A stretch of 63,450 nucleotides of DNA, counting the filler, from Basidioascus undulatus (taxonomy: Eukaryota): assembly GCA_000826855.1 (NCBI GenBank). It is 6 parts of 6 records of this genome, joined end to end, with 100 filler letters (N's around TTAATTAATTAA, not from the genome) between each part and the next. Parts side by side here need not be neighbours in the genome. Positions count along the whole stretch, not along the records: positions 49,210 to 56,285 come from JTLS01001620.1; positions 56,386 to 63,450 come from JTLS01001622.1; 4 more parts are not named here. One strand, given 5' to 3'. Below are positions 50,046 to 63,450 of this stretch, piece after piece. The notes under the pieces are model-generated. The model worked only from the letters and a program-made list of their open reading frames with translations. It made no database searches and was not told where the DNA came from. The position numbers and the translations under genes were made by a program. Position 1 is the first letter of the stretch. The number at the start of each line of letters is the position of its first letter.

Positions 50046-51307
50046 CTGCTCGCACCACCCATTTTCTCCATTCTACTCACGATTTGCATCATACCCACGC
50101 ACATTCCTCATAGTTTCACGCATTTCTTGTTCTTGCTCGCACATTTCCTCAATTGCCATGTTGATACACAAGACACTTAAGGATTCTCACTTCGGTGCCG
50201 CATTCATGCAATCATGGCTTCCGCCGTCATTTAAGAATGCTGTCGGCTAAGGGGGGTGCTGGTAAAGAACAACATCGCAAATTGCCAACGCTGTGAAAGT
50301 TATCACAGCACGGTTGGTATCGGCCTGACATTCCGTCGCTGCAGCAAGCTTCGCACTGCGCGTCCGCAACCTCGCATCCACAGCGTCGTACCGACAGTGA
50401 CGTGTCACAGCACATCCTTGCGAGAGAACACCATAACGCACTGCCAATTTCCTGCAAAGGACTGTCGTTGACTTGTCGAGATAACGGGATGTTTCGACCG
50501 TAACCTCCACTCGGGGGTTATGCGCTCAGGGGCTTCCTCCATCTTCCCTGCGTCCTTGGGTCTTGTCTTTCCATGTCTCCAACGCACATTATTGACTGAC
50601 CGCCTATCGATATCAGCCGCCCTATCAAACGCTTAGTCTCTACACCGCTGCCCGAGGCTCCTCCTAAGCGCGCACGCGTTTCATCGGAGTCGCCCTTGGC
50701 TGCGATTATGTACCGCTCCTCCGCCGAAGTGGTGCCTCGTACGATCCTCCAGCGACCCTGGGCCGTACGTTGATCCCATATTCTGCACAGGAATATGAGA
50801 ATTGAGCGGCTCAACTCCTACAGGTTGCGCGTGCCGAGCTGGCGTCGTTCTTCGACGTCTCAAACGTGACCGTGCCGTCTCTGCGCATGGCAGCTACCTT
50901 GCATGGGCGCCAGTGCAATATGTCGCCGAAAGCCTGGGGTTACTCGCACGTCCGAACATCCGCATTTGAATGAGATAGAGCTCGTGCTCGATGAGATTGA
51001 GGTCGATTTGGGGGAAGCGAACGAGCTACCTCACTGGCCGGCGGGTGCGTCTGAACCACAAGTCGAACTCATTAATTGCCCACTCATGTCCTTCCGAGCC
51101 TCTTTCCTACCCAACTGCAGAGTATGCATATTTTTATGTCTATTTTGCGTTCAATTGCTCTCTGCTCACATAGCTTGCTTGCAGCGGTCGTCTCCGTATC
51201 TACATCCACTATAACGCGTGGGGACACGATGAACAGACTGTCTTCCGTGCGTCGGCTCTGTCCTCTGTCGTCGCTGGAATCGACTAAATAACTTTAGGCG
51301 CAATGCA

Positions 51308-51499
51308 GTGGTCAGGCCTTCCGTGCGCATCGAAGCCATGATTGTTAAACTCGGCGAGATGTTCAATGTGCATCCGAGGGAGGCGAAGCTCCGCACATGG
51401 CAGGGCGACATCCTTTTGGATACGGAGCAGACCCTGGAGCAACTTGGCATGCGAAGCGGAGCTGCATTGCATATACCCTTATGGAGGACGAGAGCATAG
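51308..51499 (+). pseudogene. Ubiquitin-like domain remnant
   Basis: KLRTWQGDILLDTEQTLEQLGMRSGAALHI resembles a Ubl/SUMO-like C-terminal half; no intact upstream gene. Confidence 0.35.
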
Positions 51500-51664
51500 A
51501 AAGCCGCAGCGGTCGTAGACGCCGTACCATGCGATGCATGAGCCTTGGTTTAGTCGTTGCGTGTGTCTGCACGCGGCTTCACGGACGATCTGTAGATTAC
51601 ATGCATATAAACACAGCATCTACTTGAATTCGACCAGCTCCAACTCTCGCGATTCAGTCCCGCC

Positions 51665-53167
51665 TCATGCCAAAGCCTCGTCTGCGAAAATGGCCACCTT
51701 CGGAGCCTCGCCGGGTCTCGCAACCCCTCGGTACATTCCAGTACTGTTCATTAGCATCGCAACTATGTTTGCCTGGGAATCAGCATGTTTCATGCTAACT
51801 AAAGAAGTCCTGAAACGCACAGCGACCCTCTTCATCGACACTGATCACGCCGCCCGACCCCCCACCCTCGCCTAGCTCGTCGATGGCCTTCTTTGCGGAC
51901 TTCTCGAGGCTCTCGCCCAAGAGCTTCATACGTTGCGCGATCTGTGAAGACAAGACAGGGTAGATTTAGTCGGACCCAATTTTGAGCCGCAGCGCACAAC
52001 GAAATTTGCGGCTGTGAGTACGCTGTGAGCAGTGTTGCGTCTGATAAAATAGTCGCCCGTCCCCGTGCCGCTGATACCAACAGACCGAGCTGGGCACTTG
52101 CGACCGAGCAAGCATAAGATCCGGTTTGGTTTAGCGTCCACGTCTCAGCCCAGAAGCCTGATCCCATGGAGGGCGTGCTGTTGCAGCGCACAGTCACCTG
52201 CGTCAGCATTGTGCGCCGAGAAGCGGGAATGACTTCCAACATACTCGCCGATCCTGCCCGGAAGCTTGTTCGTGATCCCGCCCGTGGAAGTAGCCGCCGC
52301 GATCGCACCCTCCGCGTCCAGCGCGACCGCCCCAACAGTCCCCATCGGCGCCGTCTCCTTCTCCGCGCCCGTATGCTCGCGCCACCGCTTCTCAGTCCAG
52401 AAGTAGCTCGGGTCGACGAGCTCCACCCCGCGGGACGCGCCCAGCTCTTCGGCAGGAAAGCCGCACAGGAAGACGTGCGGGTTCTCTGATGAGGAGAGGT
52501 ACAGCGCCCGCGCAAGAAGGATCGGGTTCTTCGTGCGCTGCAGGAGCGTCGCTGCGGCGCCGCGGCGCGTCGCGGGGATGGAAGAGCTGGGCGGGTGCGA
52601 GAGCATGAGGGAGGCTTCGAGCTCGTTCTGCAGTCATCAGCCACTGGACATCAGCATGGAGCCTGGGGAGAACGAATGTCGGAGCCAGCGTACTTGGCCG
52701 GCACTATTGAAGACCGCGCCTTTGCCAGCGTTGAACAGAGGATTGTCTAGACAGCAATGTGATGCTTGTTCAGCTGGGAAGCACTGTGTGCTCAGGTTAA
52801 TCTAGCAAATCCATGGTACGCACTTTCAAGCTGCACCACAGCGGCGCACACAGCCTCCATTGCGTTCCCTCCCCGCTCGAGGACAGCGTTCCCCGCTCGC
52901 AAGGCGGTCCGCAGGCCCTCACGATAGGCTTCGAACTCCTCCTTCGTGTGCCTGTGAAGGGTATTCAGCCATTTTAGGCAGTCCTCAGGATATGATAATC
53001 TGGACTACGAACCCCTCGCGAGAGATCGTACCCGCCCCGCCGTGCACGATAAGGACCGGAACTCGACCCCGCTTGGGCTTGGCCGGACCCAGGGACGCCA
53101 AGGGTGTCTTCTCCGTCGCACTGTCATCAGCTGAGAGACGTTTGAACGAGCGCTTGAAGACAGCCAT
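51665..53167 (-). CDS. Isoaspartyl peptidase/L-asparaginase (Ntn hydrolase) with an apparent 1-nt frameshift near 52140
   Basis: VLIVHGGAGTI, NPLFNAGKGAVFN, ELEASLM, KNPILLARALY, GTVGAVALD, AATSTGGITNKLPGRIGDTP, GISGTGTGDYFIR, GGVISVD and MNSTGMYRG. Confidence 0.9.
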
Positions 53168-53896
53168 TTTGGATTAGTTGCGTGTGAGGGGGTGGATGAA
53201 TGTGAGGCAAGGGGAGATGAGAGTTCTTGGGAATGAGGAAAACCCGCTGCCAGTTTCGCGTGCTTCTCGGCTGCATCGGCAATGGAAACCCGAGAACGAC
53301 TGCAGCGACGAAGCTCGTTCTGCATCGCAGAGAGGTCTTCACTCGCAGACTGACTCTTGTGCAGTCTTACACCAGCAGAAGATGTAGCCTTTTATCTCAA
53401 AGCAGTAGCACAGGACGAAGCTCGAGCTTGCGCCAGTTGGCATCTTCGGAACGTCACCCCCAAGCGGTTTGACCAATCCGCACTCATGTGGGCATGAGTT
53501 TTCTACAGTAAATATCAATTCAGGTGAACGAAGAAGTAAGAGCGAGGTAATCCCAAGGGATGGCTGTCGGGACACCGCAAAGCCTGAAAAAAAGAGAAGT
53601 GGCATCGCGTGAACTTGTGAGAAGACTCAGGACACTCATGAGCAACTGCAAAGCAATAAGTAGTACAGGTCACTTCTCGGCCTTTGGGAATTGCAAGAAG
53701 CACACGATCGCACTGCTGTGGGAGAGCTCGGAGGTGTCGGGCTGCGCGGTGCGGTCAGACAGGAGATCAGAAACACGCAGAGTGGTCTCATATAAAGTGG
53801 TGGGTGATGCTGGCCCCTCTCCTCGACGGCAACGAAAGTACAACAGGTGTCCCTCTCAAACTTCCCCTCCCCCTCCCGCACCCTGCAGAACAGCCA

Positions 53897-54355
53897 TCAG
53901 ACGGGGAAGCCCAGTCCCCGCATGCACTGCAGGTGCGCCTCCACGACCTGCCGGCACTTGTCGGTGCTGCCGGAGGATGAGTCCGCGTTGGACCCGTAGA
54001 GGAGGAAGCACTCGTCCCGGGCGCGCTTGGTGTCGGGGCATGCACAGCATCTGGAACGAGAGGAAAGCAGTGGGAGAATGTCAGTAGTGGTATGAAAATG
54101 CGGCTCCTCGTGTGACACGAACATCCGCTTCGTCCTGCTGCCATCTTGCCGGACTTCATCCACTGCAAGATCCTCGCCGCTCACAGCGCCAAGCGCCCAG
54201 CGTCCCACCAACCAGACCTTCCATCTCACATCGTTCTAAGAGAAGAGCTCGCTCGCGACGCACGGCTTCAGCCCTTGCGGATTCAGCGGGTTCTTCTTCG
54301 GGTCGGAAGCCTCGGCAGGGGTGAGCTTGGGCGGGGCGGCAACAGCGGCGGCCAT
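53897..54355 (-). CDS. COX17: Cytochrome c oxidase copper chaperone, 2 exons
   Basis: NPLNPQGLKP|CCACPDTKRARDECFL...KCRQVVEAHLQCMRGLGFPV* carries the CCxC and twin CX9C motifs. Confidence 0.96.
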
Positions 54356-56285
54356 GGCGGGCGGGTGTGCAAATTGGGTTCTCGGTCTGGGATGGGACAA
54401 TGAGGGCGTTCTCATGCACGCCGCAAGAGTTTGTAGTGATGAGAAGACGTGTGGCGAGTAAAGGCAAGGAGAAGACGTCTGAGAAGACGCATCAGTCAGC
54501 CCGGGATATAGGTCAGGTGACATACTCATCGTTTGGAATCACCAAACAACGGGTCTCTGCTTTCAACTTGGTGGTATATCAAAGGAATGGAAGTAAAAAT
54601 CTTTCGTAACGAGAGATTCCTCAGCCTATCAGGCGGTCGAGAGCATGGTTGAGCATAGTCGTCGCACAGCAGCGGCTGAGGCGGGGGGAGACCCCCGAAT
54701 GTGGGCTCCATTAGCTCTTGCGCATTAATAGGGCTTGTTTTGGAGGACAGAACGGTCTCCGTTGGGGCCGCCAGCAGCTCAGCGCGGTCTTCGGAACGAG
54801 ATTGGACGAGGGGACAGCTGGGGAGAGGGCGCAAGTGAGAGCGCACAAGTGAGAGCGCGATTGCGGTGGTGCCGGTTCCGCGATGGGGATACGGAATAGG
54901 GTGGACATAGACGTGGACCAGGAGTTGGCAAGAGCGGATAGGACTGAAAAGGAGACGTCTCCACAATACAGCCGGCCGTTCAGTTCCACCGGCATGAAAA
55001 ACCTTTTGCAAGGTTGAGGATGTCGCGAAAATTCTAAGAGGGTTGAAAAGCATGCTGGCCATATTGAACACGTAGCTTGCCAGTTAAAATAGCTCGGAGA
55101 CGAGTTGGGCCAACGATGCACTGAAGAGGAATACAACGCGCAGCATGCAGTCACCATCCTTCCCCTCGACTTCGCCCCTCACGTCCATCCCCTTCCTATA
55201 AGCAGACAACCTCTGACAACCTCTTAAACCCCTCCAGCCAATACAAACAGAAACCTCCTCTTATTTCCTTCGCCACAAGTACCCTCGCCGATAGAAACAG
55301 CTCTCACAAGCGCCAACCTCGCCTCAGGTCCCAAGGGAAGCTCCGCCGCGGCCCCACCGCTCTGGGTGCTGCTGTCGAAAATATCTCAGGACGCATCACT
55401 CACCTTTTAGGAACCCAAGAACTCCAATTCAAGATTAATATTGAGAGGACGAGCGCTCTAGTAGCCATCGAGATTCTGAGTGATTGCAATTGTCGCGTAC
55501 CCCACAATCTTCCATATTGCACTGTGCATCATGCGACGCCGTCAAGTCTTCACCGGTCCACACCGCACCGTGCTATGTCCTTTTCCCCTTTTTTCAGAAC
55601 ACCCAACTTGGCATTAACTCTCTCACCTTCACCCTCATCGCAGATACCCTTGCCACGGAGCAAATCCCTCTGCCTCCCGCCATCTCTCTTGATGGGCTCC
55701 TACTATTGCTACACCCCCACCGGACCCCCTGGGAATTTAAATAAGAGCATCCTATGCATTGGGAAAGGGGTACCGGTCGGGTCTGTGGACAAAGCGATTA
55801 AGCAACGCGAGCTCAGTCTTGAGGGGGGCGGAGGAGGAGGGGCGGTGGACAAGGAAGTGACTCTTGTCTCTGTTTGACAAATTGTCAGTCTTTCGCTGTT
55901 TGGTTTCATCAAATGTGTGTTTGAGCTTGGATGAAGCAGCGTCGCTTGCGGGTCCCCTACAGTGCGCGCGGAGCTGCTGCAAGTGCACGAATGTTCTCGA
56001 CAGCTGACAGTTCTTCTGCGGCAGCCTACGGTTCGTTGAATTGCGCTCTCACATAAGGTAAAGCGCTTTGCAGACGAAGTTTACGGACGCCGCTCACACA
56101 TCTGGGAGGTAGGAAAGGACCTGCACTGGGCAAAGACGCGGGTCAAACGCGGACTCTTCCGCGGAAGGGGTGTCGCGAACGCGCTTGAGGTTGGGGCCAC
56201 TTTGTCGCGCTGCGGACGGTCCTCTTCTCCCTCTTCGCCCTCAACCGCATCCACACCCCTTGCGCGCATTCCTCTTCCCGAACCA

Positions 56286-56385
56286 NNNNNNNNNNNNNNN
56301 NNNNNNNNNNNNNNNNNNNNNNNNNNNNNTTAATTAATTAANNNNNNNNNNNNNNNNNNNNNNNNNNNNNNNNNNNNNNNNNNNN
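56286..56385. other. Artificial contig linker
   Basis: N-run with TTAATTAATTAA. Confidence 0.99.
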
Positions 56386-56690
56386 GGCAACCCCGAGCTG
56401 GCCGCTGCCGCGAAGGAGCTCGTCGAAGCCATGAATGTGAGGAGGAGGGAGAACGTATGGATGGATGGATCTTGATGAGGCGTCGCGGGATGCTGCCGTC
56501 GTTTCGTACTACTCGCTGGCTAACATTGCTCGATCGATCAGTCAACGACGCTCGCGCACTCGGCATTCGACTTCGCTTCACTCTGGCTTTCGCCTCCGTG
56601 CTTTCGAGCAAGTATTCGCGTTCGCACACACGCGCACTGTGCATCATTTCTATCCTAACCCATCCGCGCCCTCGTCCTCATCCTCACTCC

Positions 56691-57945
56691 TCACACAATG
56701 TCCCATCTCCTCGCCCTCGTCCTCTCCGGGCTGTCGGTCGCCATAGGCGCATACAACCCTCTCGCGCTCCACGGGGCGCTCGGGTCCTCCGATGCGCTCT
56801 CCCTGTCCCTCGCCCTACCCGGGCTCCCAACCGCCACAGGCGTATACAACTCCCGTGGCGCGGCATACCTCATATCCGTCCGTCTCGCCCTCTCTCTCCC
56901 CGCTCTGCCCACTCTCGGCCCCACATTCTCCTGCGCGCTCGCGTACTCCGACGACGGGCTGCTGCTGCCGAGGACGCCGGAGGTGCAGGAGGAGAAAGAA
57001 GACGATGGAGGTGGGGGTGGGAAGAGGAGGAGTGCGTGGGGCAGGAGGAGGGAGAGGTGCTGTAGGAGGAGCTGCGGGGGGTGGGGGTGAGAAGGGGGCG
57101 GAGGACTGGGGAAGGGGGAGGGGACAGACGAGGGCGTTGCTTGGGAAAGAGAAGGGGAAATGTGGGAGGGCGATCTGGGAGATGGCGAGCGCTGCGTGCG
57201 GGGTCCAGGTTTAGCTTGAACACTCACTTCCAGCAGGTTGAGTGAATGAGACAGCGCACCGAGTCCGCACAGAACCCCTCCCCTCACGCCGCCCATCCAC
57301 GCCGCCTTCCTCCATCCCCTCCACTCTCCCATCCTTTCTACCTCCCCTCTCTCCCCTGCTCTCTCCTCCCCATCTACCGGGATCCAAAGCACCCCCGCCA
57401 CCCCGCACCACACGACAACCTTCACACTCGCGCCCGCGTCGCTCAGCGGTCTCCCCACCAACACTCCCTCTTCTCCCTGTACGGCACGGTACACTCCCGC
57501 CGCGCAGTCCAACGCCGCCGCGCACAGCGCCCCTAGAGCGAGGGCGCTGGGCAGGATGGGCGGAGGGTGCAGGGCCCGGCTGAGGAGGAGCAGCGTGGGT
57601 AGGAGGGTGAGGAGCAGGGATGCGGCGCGAAGGAGCGCGGGGGGGATGGCGCGGGAGAGTGGGGCGGGGGGCAGAGCGGATGGGGAGAGTGGGAGACGAG
57701 GAGAGGAGGGGAGGATAGAGAGCAGGCCGGAGAGGGAGAGCAGGAGCGTGGAGAGCAGGAGGAGGGCGGTGGGCCTGCGGGTGGGCGTAAATCAAGCGGA
57801 AAGAAGGGAAAGAGAAGTGAGAAACGTACAATGGCATTCTCCAGCTCCTACGACGCACACACCACCACGCTCCGAATCCCAGTCCTACAGGAGCGAGCGC
57901 CCACAGCGGCGCGGAGACTGCGAGGTTGTGCAGCTGTGAAAGCAT
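56691..57945 (-). CDS. Hypothetical multi-pass membrane protein with a disordered C-terminal tail
   Basis: ATG 57945 gives MLSQLHNLAVSAPLWALAPVGLGFGAWW; a GTACGT...CAG intron leads into hydrophobic segments continuous with ORF 56691..57512. Confidence 0.55.
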
Positions 57946-58493
57946 GTGTGTTGCGGTTGTTTGTCTTGATAGGTGGTGGCCGTACGAGAGGAGAGGACAA
58001 GCCCATGTTAGATGTTTGCGCGGTTTATGAACGGGGGTGCGTTGGGGGGGGGGAGCGAGGAGCGGGGTGAAGGAGAGAAGGCAAGTTGTGACAGCGGCCT
58101 CGTGGAAGAGGGACATCCCGACCTCGTGGAGAGTCGGCCAACATGTCCAAGTCCTCTCGTCTTCATCATGAAAATACATATGCCGCGTGTTGTCAAGGTA
58201 CACGAGGGAGAAGTCTGTCCAGTGACGCTGCTGAAGGCCGAGTCCACAGCGTTCCTGCAGTCTGGCCCGGAGAACAGCGAGCAGTCTGGAAGGTTGTACC
58301 AAGAAGCTTGACATGCATAATTTGAAAGCTGCGGACATTCTGTCCACCACCCGAGTGTCCTCTCCACCACCTCATCGATGCGCAGCGGTACACGTTCCAG
58401 CGCGAGCTCTGCGTGTCCCACAGACTCCCGTGCGAAGTCCTTCTCTGCAGCCAACGAAGGCCATTATTCGAGAATGCGTAGGCAGGGAGCCCA

Positions 58494-59330
58494 TCAAAGC
58501 ATCCACAGTAGACTCGGACGCATTCTCGACATGTCTCCAATGCGGCCAATAAACGTCGCCACATCGTACTTACAGTCACCAGCGGTGCCTAGGCCGTCTT
58601 TGGTGGGGAGGTAAAAAAGAGCAACCTTCAAAGTCTGCAGGTCGCAAAGAACGTCGAGGAATTGGGAGTGATCCTTCGGAAGATTTACCACGACTATCTC
58701 AATGAGGGCTGTAACCTTTTCAAGGCGTCCGAAGCAACGGCGTTCCAGTACTCTGCCGGGATGCAGAGGCGCTGAAGCTTCCCAGCTATGGGCTCGGAGG
58801 CAATTCCCTTCGAGCAGCTTGAGCTGAAGGTTAGCTATGCTTGGGATGAGAACGACCTCGCAGAGTTCCGAAGTTCCAAGGGCCGAGCTGAGGGGTTCAT
58901 GGCGCGCACGGTTCCAAGCCATGACCGACCCGGAGTACTCTTTGCCCGATACTTGCTCGAAGAAGCTGCACTGAAGCGCTAGACGCCGCAGAGTCGGATG
59001 CGTCGTGAGAAGGAGACCGGTCAGGGCTTCACCTCCACAGATACAAAGCCGCCGGTCGTGAGACTGAACACGGCAAGGAACTCGAGGTGGCGAATGTGGA
59101 CCGTGGATCTCTGGAGCGCCCGCACGCGCGGATAGGTCTCGACGAAGCGCGTGCGGTAGAGGTGAGGGGTAACAAGCTCATGAACGCCGTGCGAGACGAG
59201 CGAGAGCGAGCGAAGGGTGTCGTGCACTTCCGGGCACCATGCACGCGCGGTTCGGCGCAGGCACAGCGACGAGGTCGACGATGAGGCCTACAACGTCGAG
59301 AGAAAGGGGAACGGGCATTGTGCGCATGAA
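58494..59330 (-). pseudogene. F-box/LRR-like gene remnant
   Basis: MPVPLSLDVVGLIVDLV, then TLRSLSLVSHGVHELVTPHLYR in another frame, with premature stops and Leu-rich pieces downstream. Confidence 0.5.
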
Positions 59331-62300
59331 TGGGGGTGTAAGAACTCGACAGACTGGGCCTTGAGAAAATGCGAATCCTGGATGAGGAGGGCGCGGCGTG
59401 CACGGGATGGTCGTGGTTGAAGGCAAGCCGCAGCGTTCGGCTGACGAGGAAACTGAAGCTGAAGGGGCCGCGTTGAAAGTCGAAAGTGTCCTGAGCATCC
59501 TGACCAAAAGAAGCCCTGATCCCGGTTCCATTTACGCAGTCCTCGAGTAGAGGTTCAAGATGGACCGCCGCACCAGCGCTACTGCCTTACAGCGCAAATC
59601 AACCTTCAGTACTGTAATGCACAAATAAAAAATTAAGAAAACCTTGGAGTGCACAAGCGCTATCTGTCCGGCTGGGCAATGCCCCGCCTAGGTGCGCCTG
59701 CAGGCTGAACTTCAGAAAAATTGTCTGGGGCTCCTTGGAACCGCACTGTCATCTGCTCGCGTCAGATCTCACACGCTGGGGCCACTCGAAGACCCCCCGA
59801 CTAAGTCTCCTCGTTTCAACTCTCCAGTCACCATGTGCAACAGCGAGGCTGCGTTTGCTTTCGGGCTGTCGGGTGCGCGTTCATCTCCGCTTGAATGCGT
59901 CTCAGTATGGGTTCGGTCTAATGGCAGAATCGCTTTAATTTGGTAGTGGACTCACGGCAGCTCTATCACGTCTCCCAGCTCTACCCGAAGTACAAGGTGT
60001 GCTGTCCCCTCGTCATTGGCCGGTCATCCGTGAGGCTCATCTCTCGAGAATTCTGCACCGTCAGCCTGTCCGACTCCGCTCGACCTCATCGCGCACCGCC
60101 GCCGGCTCTCGGGACGCTCGTCTTCTCGTCCACAACGACCGTCAATTTCGCTTCGCTGCGCTGCCAAGTGAGATTCTCGAGCTCGTTAGAGTCGCTCTCC
60201 TACTCTTCGTACGGCGACAACTAGCTTTCCAAACCACGATCTGTTGAGGACCATAACTTCCTCACCGGACGCCGTCATGCTTGAGTATTGGATAGACCTG
60301 ACTTCTGTACCTGTATGACCTCGTATATGTGGACTACATGTGGGAATCAATTTGGGACTCCCGCATTGGAGACACATCAGTGCGTCGCCGGTGCCCGGTC
60401 ACGAGCTGCCCTCGACTGAAAGTCGCTCCGCAACAGGTCGGAGCTGTGCGCAGCTTACTTTAGGATCACGGTCTTATGCTCTTGTCCTACGGTATCTCGA
60501 CTGAGGGCGAAACCTCTCACCTCCCGCCATCCACCGTCGGGTTGCCAATCTTCCACAACGGCAAGCGCTCCGTCGAGGTGCCCAAGCTCGAGGGCTCCAG
60601 AAACTACAGACAGCATTCCATCCTGCACGTCGATCCTGGGGATTTCGTGGTGTCGGATGAGCAAAGGAGCAGGTTCCGGCGGTTCTTGCGGGATTTCGGC
60701 ATCGATGGGGCGGATGATCGCAAGGGCAGCCTGGGCTTTTCGCGGGGAGCGTTGACGGGAGATGCTGGGCGCGGCAAGGCTACTGAGCCTCGTTTCATGC
60801 TCGTACATATCCAGGACAAGTTACTCTGAGCTTTGAGAGTCCATATTTGGCTCGTGACTATGCCATGCATTTCCCCTTGCGCTGCTGAGACCGTTTGATT
60901 GAACGTCGACCGAAGCGACTCTGCACAATTTTCACCTCCATGGTAACCTTTATTTTCTGTTCGTCGGCACTCTATACTCGCCGACAGGGTCAGACCACAT
61001 TACTCCTCACTGTGGATGTTTGGACGAATGTGCTTTTGAAAAACTCTAAGGCATCTCTTTCAAAGCGATCGATACAGTGTCCTATCGATAAGAAGTATGC
61101 TCTCGCGGCGCAGGGGTAACAGGCCTGCAGGCCTGCAAGATCGCTCGAATGCCTCCGCCCGTTCCTCGGTTTCAGACTGCCTTTCTTCTACGGTCCAACA
61201 GGCTGTGCTTAGTGTACTCTTCGGCATGGAAAAACAGGCGGATGTACCTTAAGCTCTCAGCGCGCGGACGACCTCTTGAACCTCTCGCCTTCTCATCGCG
61301 CAAACGCCTTCGCCCCATCTCGCAACACTCGCAAATACCTAAATGATGGATTCCAAAAATGCTTTTGGTGCTCCTCTCCCCGCATACAGCCTCTATACAG
61401 CGTCGACCGTCTACGCCGGGCCGCTCGCAACTCAGCGCGCCTAGGTCAGCTTCGTCCCCGAGAAGACAGTGCCCGCTGTGCGCTGCCATCCGGCGCTGGT
61501 CAACACCCTGAGGGAGGATTTTCTGGATAATTCAACTAGTTACCTATAGGGTGTGGGCCCTGGCTCATTCAAGAGGGGGAGGGTGCAGCTGGTTGGGAGG
61601 GGGGAGTCAGGGAGAAGAGCTACGTTGAGGAGTATGGCGCTGTGCACCGTGAGTGTTTATCGAAGGGCCTAACAGCTTTTTTCGACATTGACTGAATACC
61701 GGTGTACTACTTCCAGAGTTCAAGCTCCGGCACGCCCCATTCGCACCGACAGACTGATCCGACACGGTCGTAAAGTGCGCCTCCCACACTCCACCTCCAT
61801 CCTGCTGTCCTCCTCACCTCCCCTTCCGTCCAGGCGAATCAAGCTCTTCCTCTACCTTCTCTCCAAGCTGAGCCTCGCCAGGCGGGCGTCCTAGCCCTCC
61901 ACCTCGCTCGTCCACCTCGAGTACAACTCACACTCTTTCTGCTCCCGTCCTACCCCCGCGCCGCCCGCTTCTTCCGGGTCTCGTTCGGGGGCAAGGACAA
62001 GATGCGCGCCGTCCGAGCGCTCCTGCAAGAGGCCCAGGCGCTGTGGGAGATCATCGGGTCTGACCCGGCGACCATCGGCGACGATCCTGACGCGAGTGTC
62101 TCCGAGCTTACGGCGACGCCTGGTGAGTGCTTTGAGTGAAGGAGCCCTAATGAGCATGCTAACAGGAGTGGACTGGGGTTACAGCACTCGGCTTCCTCCC
62201 GACGCTGGTGCTGGAGAAATGCGAAGAGATGGGTTGAAAGATCGCTTCGAACCTTGAGATCTGCGTGGCTGTTCAGGAAGGTGGAGTGCATGTAGCTTGA

Positions 62301-62833
62301 AACGGCGCTGGATTCTCTTTGAGAATGTTTAGACAGTCACTCCCACGAACTCCCGCGCGACGGCTGTCCACACGGGCCTGATAGGCAGTTGCGAGGCAAC
62401 CTGTTTGTATTTGCGCTGCTCGAGGCAACGCGGTATGGCGGTTGCCTACTCAACATGCTACGCTCCGGCTTTTGCGCTAGTGGGACACAGTAGGAGAGGC
62501 TACGATCGCTGCGGAGAGGATAAACGAGGTGGGCCAGTCCAGATTGCCTGGGTATGAAGGAGACCAGATGAGGTGAGCGAGTGCGCGCGTGGGAGCCGAC
62601 GTTCTGCTTGTCCATCCGTGATGCGATATTTGTGAGTGTGATGGGCCTGAAGTTTGAAAAGCCAGGAAGGATAGGCTGACGTGGACAGCCGGCGTCTATG
62701 GGGTAAAGTGAAGTGATAAGAATGGGCGATCGAGTCGACAGGGTTAGATTTGCGGAGGCTCGCTCTGAGAGGATTTCGAAGGAAAGCGGTAGGCGAGCAG
62801 TCAGAGTAAAGGGTGCGATGCGATGCATGGCGA

Positions 62834-63450
62834 TCAAAGGGCATTGTCGTGGTCATCGTCGTCCGCCATCATCTCCTCCTTGACCAATCTGTCGAGGAGA
62901 ACGGGAGTGGTAAGCTTCACAGACTGACGAAAGGGAGAGGAGACAGCGGGCGCACCGGTAGATTGAATTAGGGGGATATTCGCCGCTGTTCGTTCACCTC
63001 CAAGTCAACATCCCAGCTACGAATGTTCAAGAACACAGAGCAAGACGCACTCATTAGTGATAAACACATCCACAAGCTCCGGCTTGACATAGTCATAGTA
63101 CGGGACAGCGATGTCGACAGTGTCCACAAGGTCGCCCTCCTCGAACCCAAGCACCTTCGCCGGGTTCTGGAGATCCATCGCGCCGTACTCGTGGTACGTC
63201 TCGCGGAGCGGGCTGAGCTTGAACTGCCCCGTGCAGACGACGACGGGCGTGGTGTGCAGGCGCGCGACGGACGCGGCGAGCGCGGAGCCCGAGACCGCGA
63301 CGAGCCCCCCGTTCGCCAGGACGGCGTGCGTGCCCAGCACGACCTTGGAGATGCGCGGCATCAGCGCGAAGATGGACGCGTCGGGGACGAGGACGGTCTG
63401 GATCCCCGCGGACGAGAGTGACGCGGCGGTCTCGTGCCCGGTGTAGCTGG
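62834..63450 (-). CDS. GCD7: Translation initiation factor eIF2B beta subunit, 3' part
   Basis: YTGHETAASLSSAGIQTVLVPDASIFALMPRISKVVLGTHAVLANGGL, GQFKLSP, YYDYVKPELVDVFITN|GEYPPNSIYR|LVKE...NAL*. Confidence 0.92.

Noticed and set aside
56698..57090. 130-aa hydrophobic plus-strand ORF (MSHLLALVL...)
   Set aside because: It overlaps, antisense, the tail of the better-supported spliced minus-strand gene.
59900..62300. Coding-like fragments (for example 60476-60829 and 61780-62130)
   Set aside because: Interrupted by stops and not assignable to a family.

Overview
Eukaryotic, intron-rich fungal DNA, probably a basidiomycete (Pucciniomycotina-like gene style; inference). It is not one locus: six contigs (7090, 7089, 7087, 27543, 7076 and 7065 bp) are joined by five artificial 100-nt N/TTAATTAATTAA/N linkers. 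Recognisable genes are GMP synthase (GUA1), maleylacetate reductase (partial), a Gfo/Idh/MocA oxidoreductase, a KRE6/SKN1 GH16 protein, UDP-galactopyranose mutase, SHMT, a BBC1-like C-terminus, isoaspartyl peptidase/L-asparaginase, COX17, eIF2B-beta (partial) and a secreted Lys/Glu/Pro/Tyr-repeat protein. Many accessory genes are decayed: a phytase-like esterase, an MFS transporter, a fungal transcription factor, a kinase and several F-box-like genes. The top finding is on the minus strand at 8269-8344: a circularly permuted tRNA-Arg(UCG) gene whose 3' half precedes its 5' half, with a 4-nt spacer, all four stems fully paired, an oligo-T terminator and an A-box-like element in the leader. I know this architecture from some algae, a nucleomorph and one archaeon, but not from fungi. 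The SHMT 3' end is fused to a bacterial HD-GYP-like fragment, probably an assembly chimera. All calls come from reading the sequence; no searches were run.
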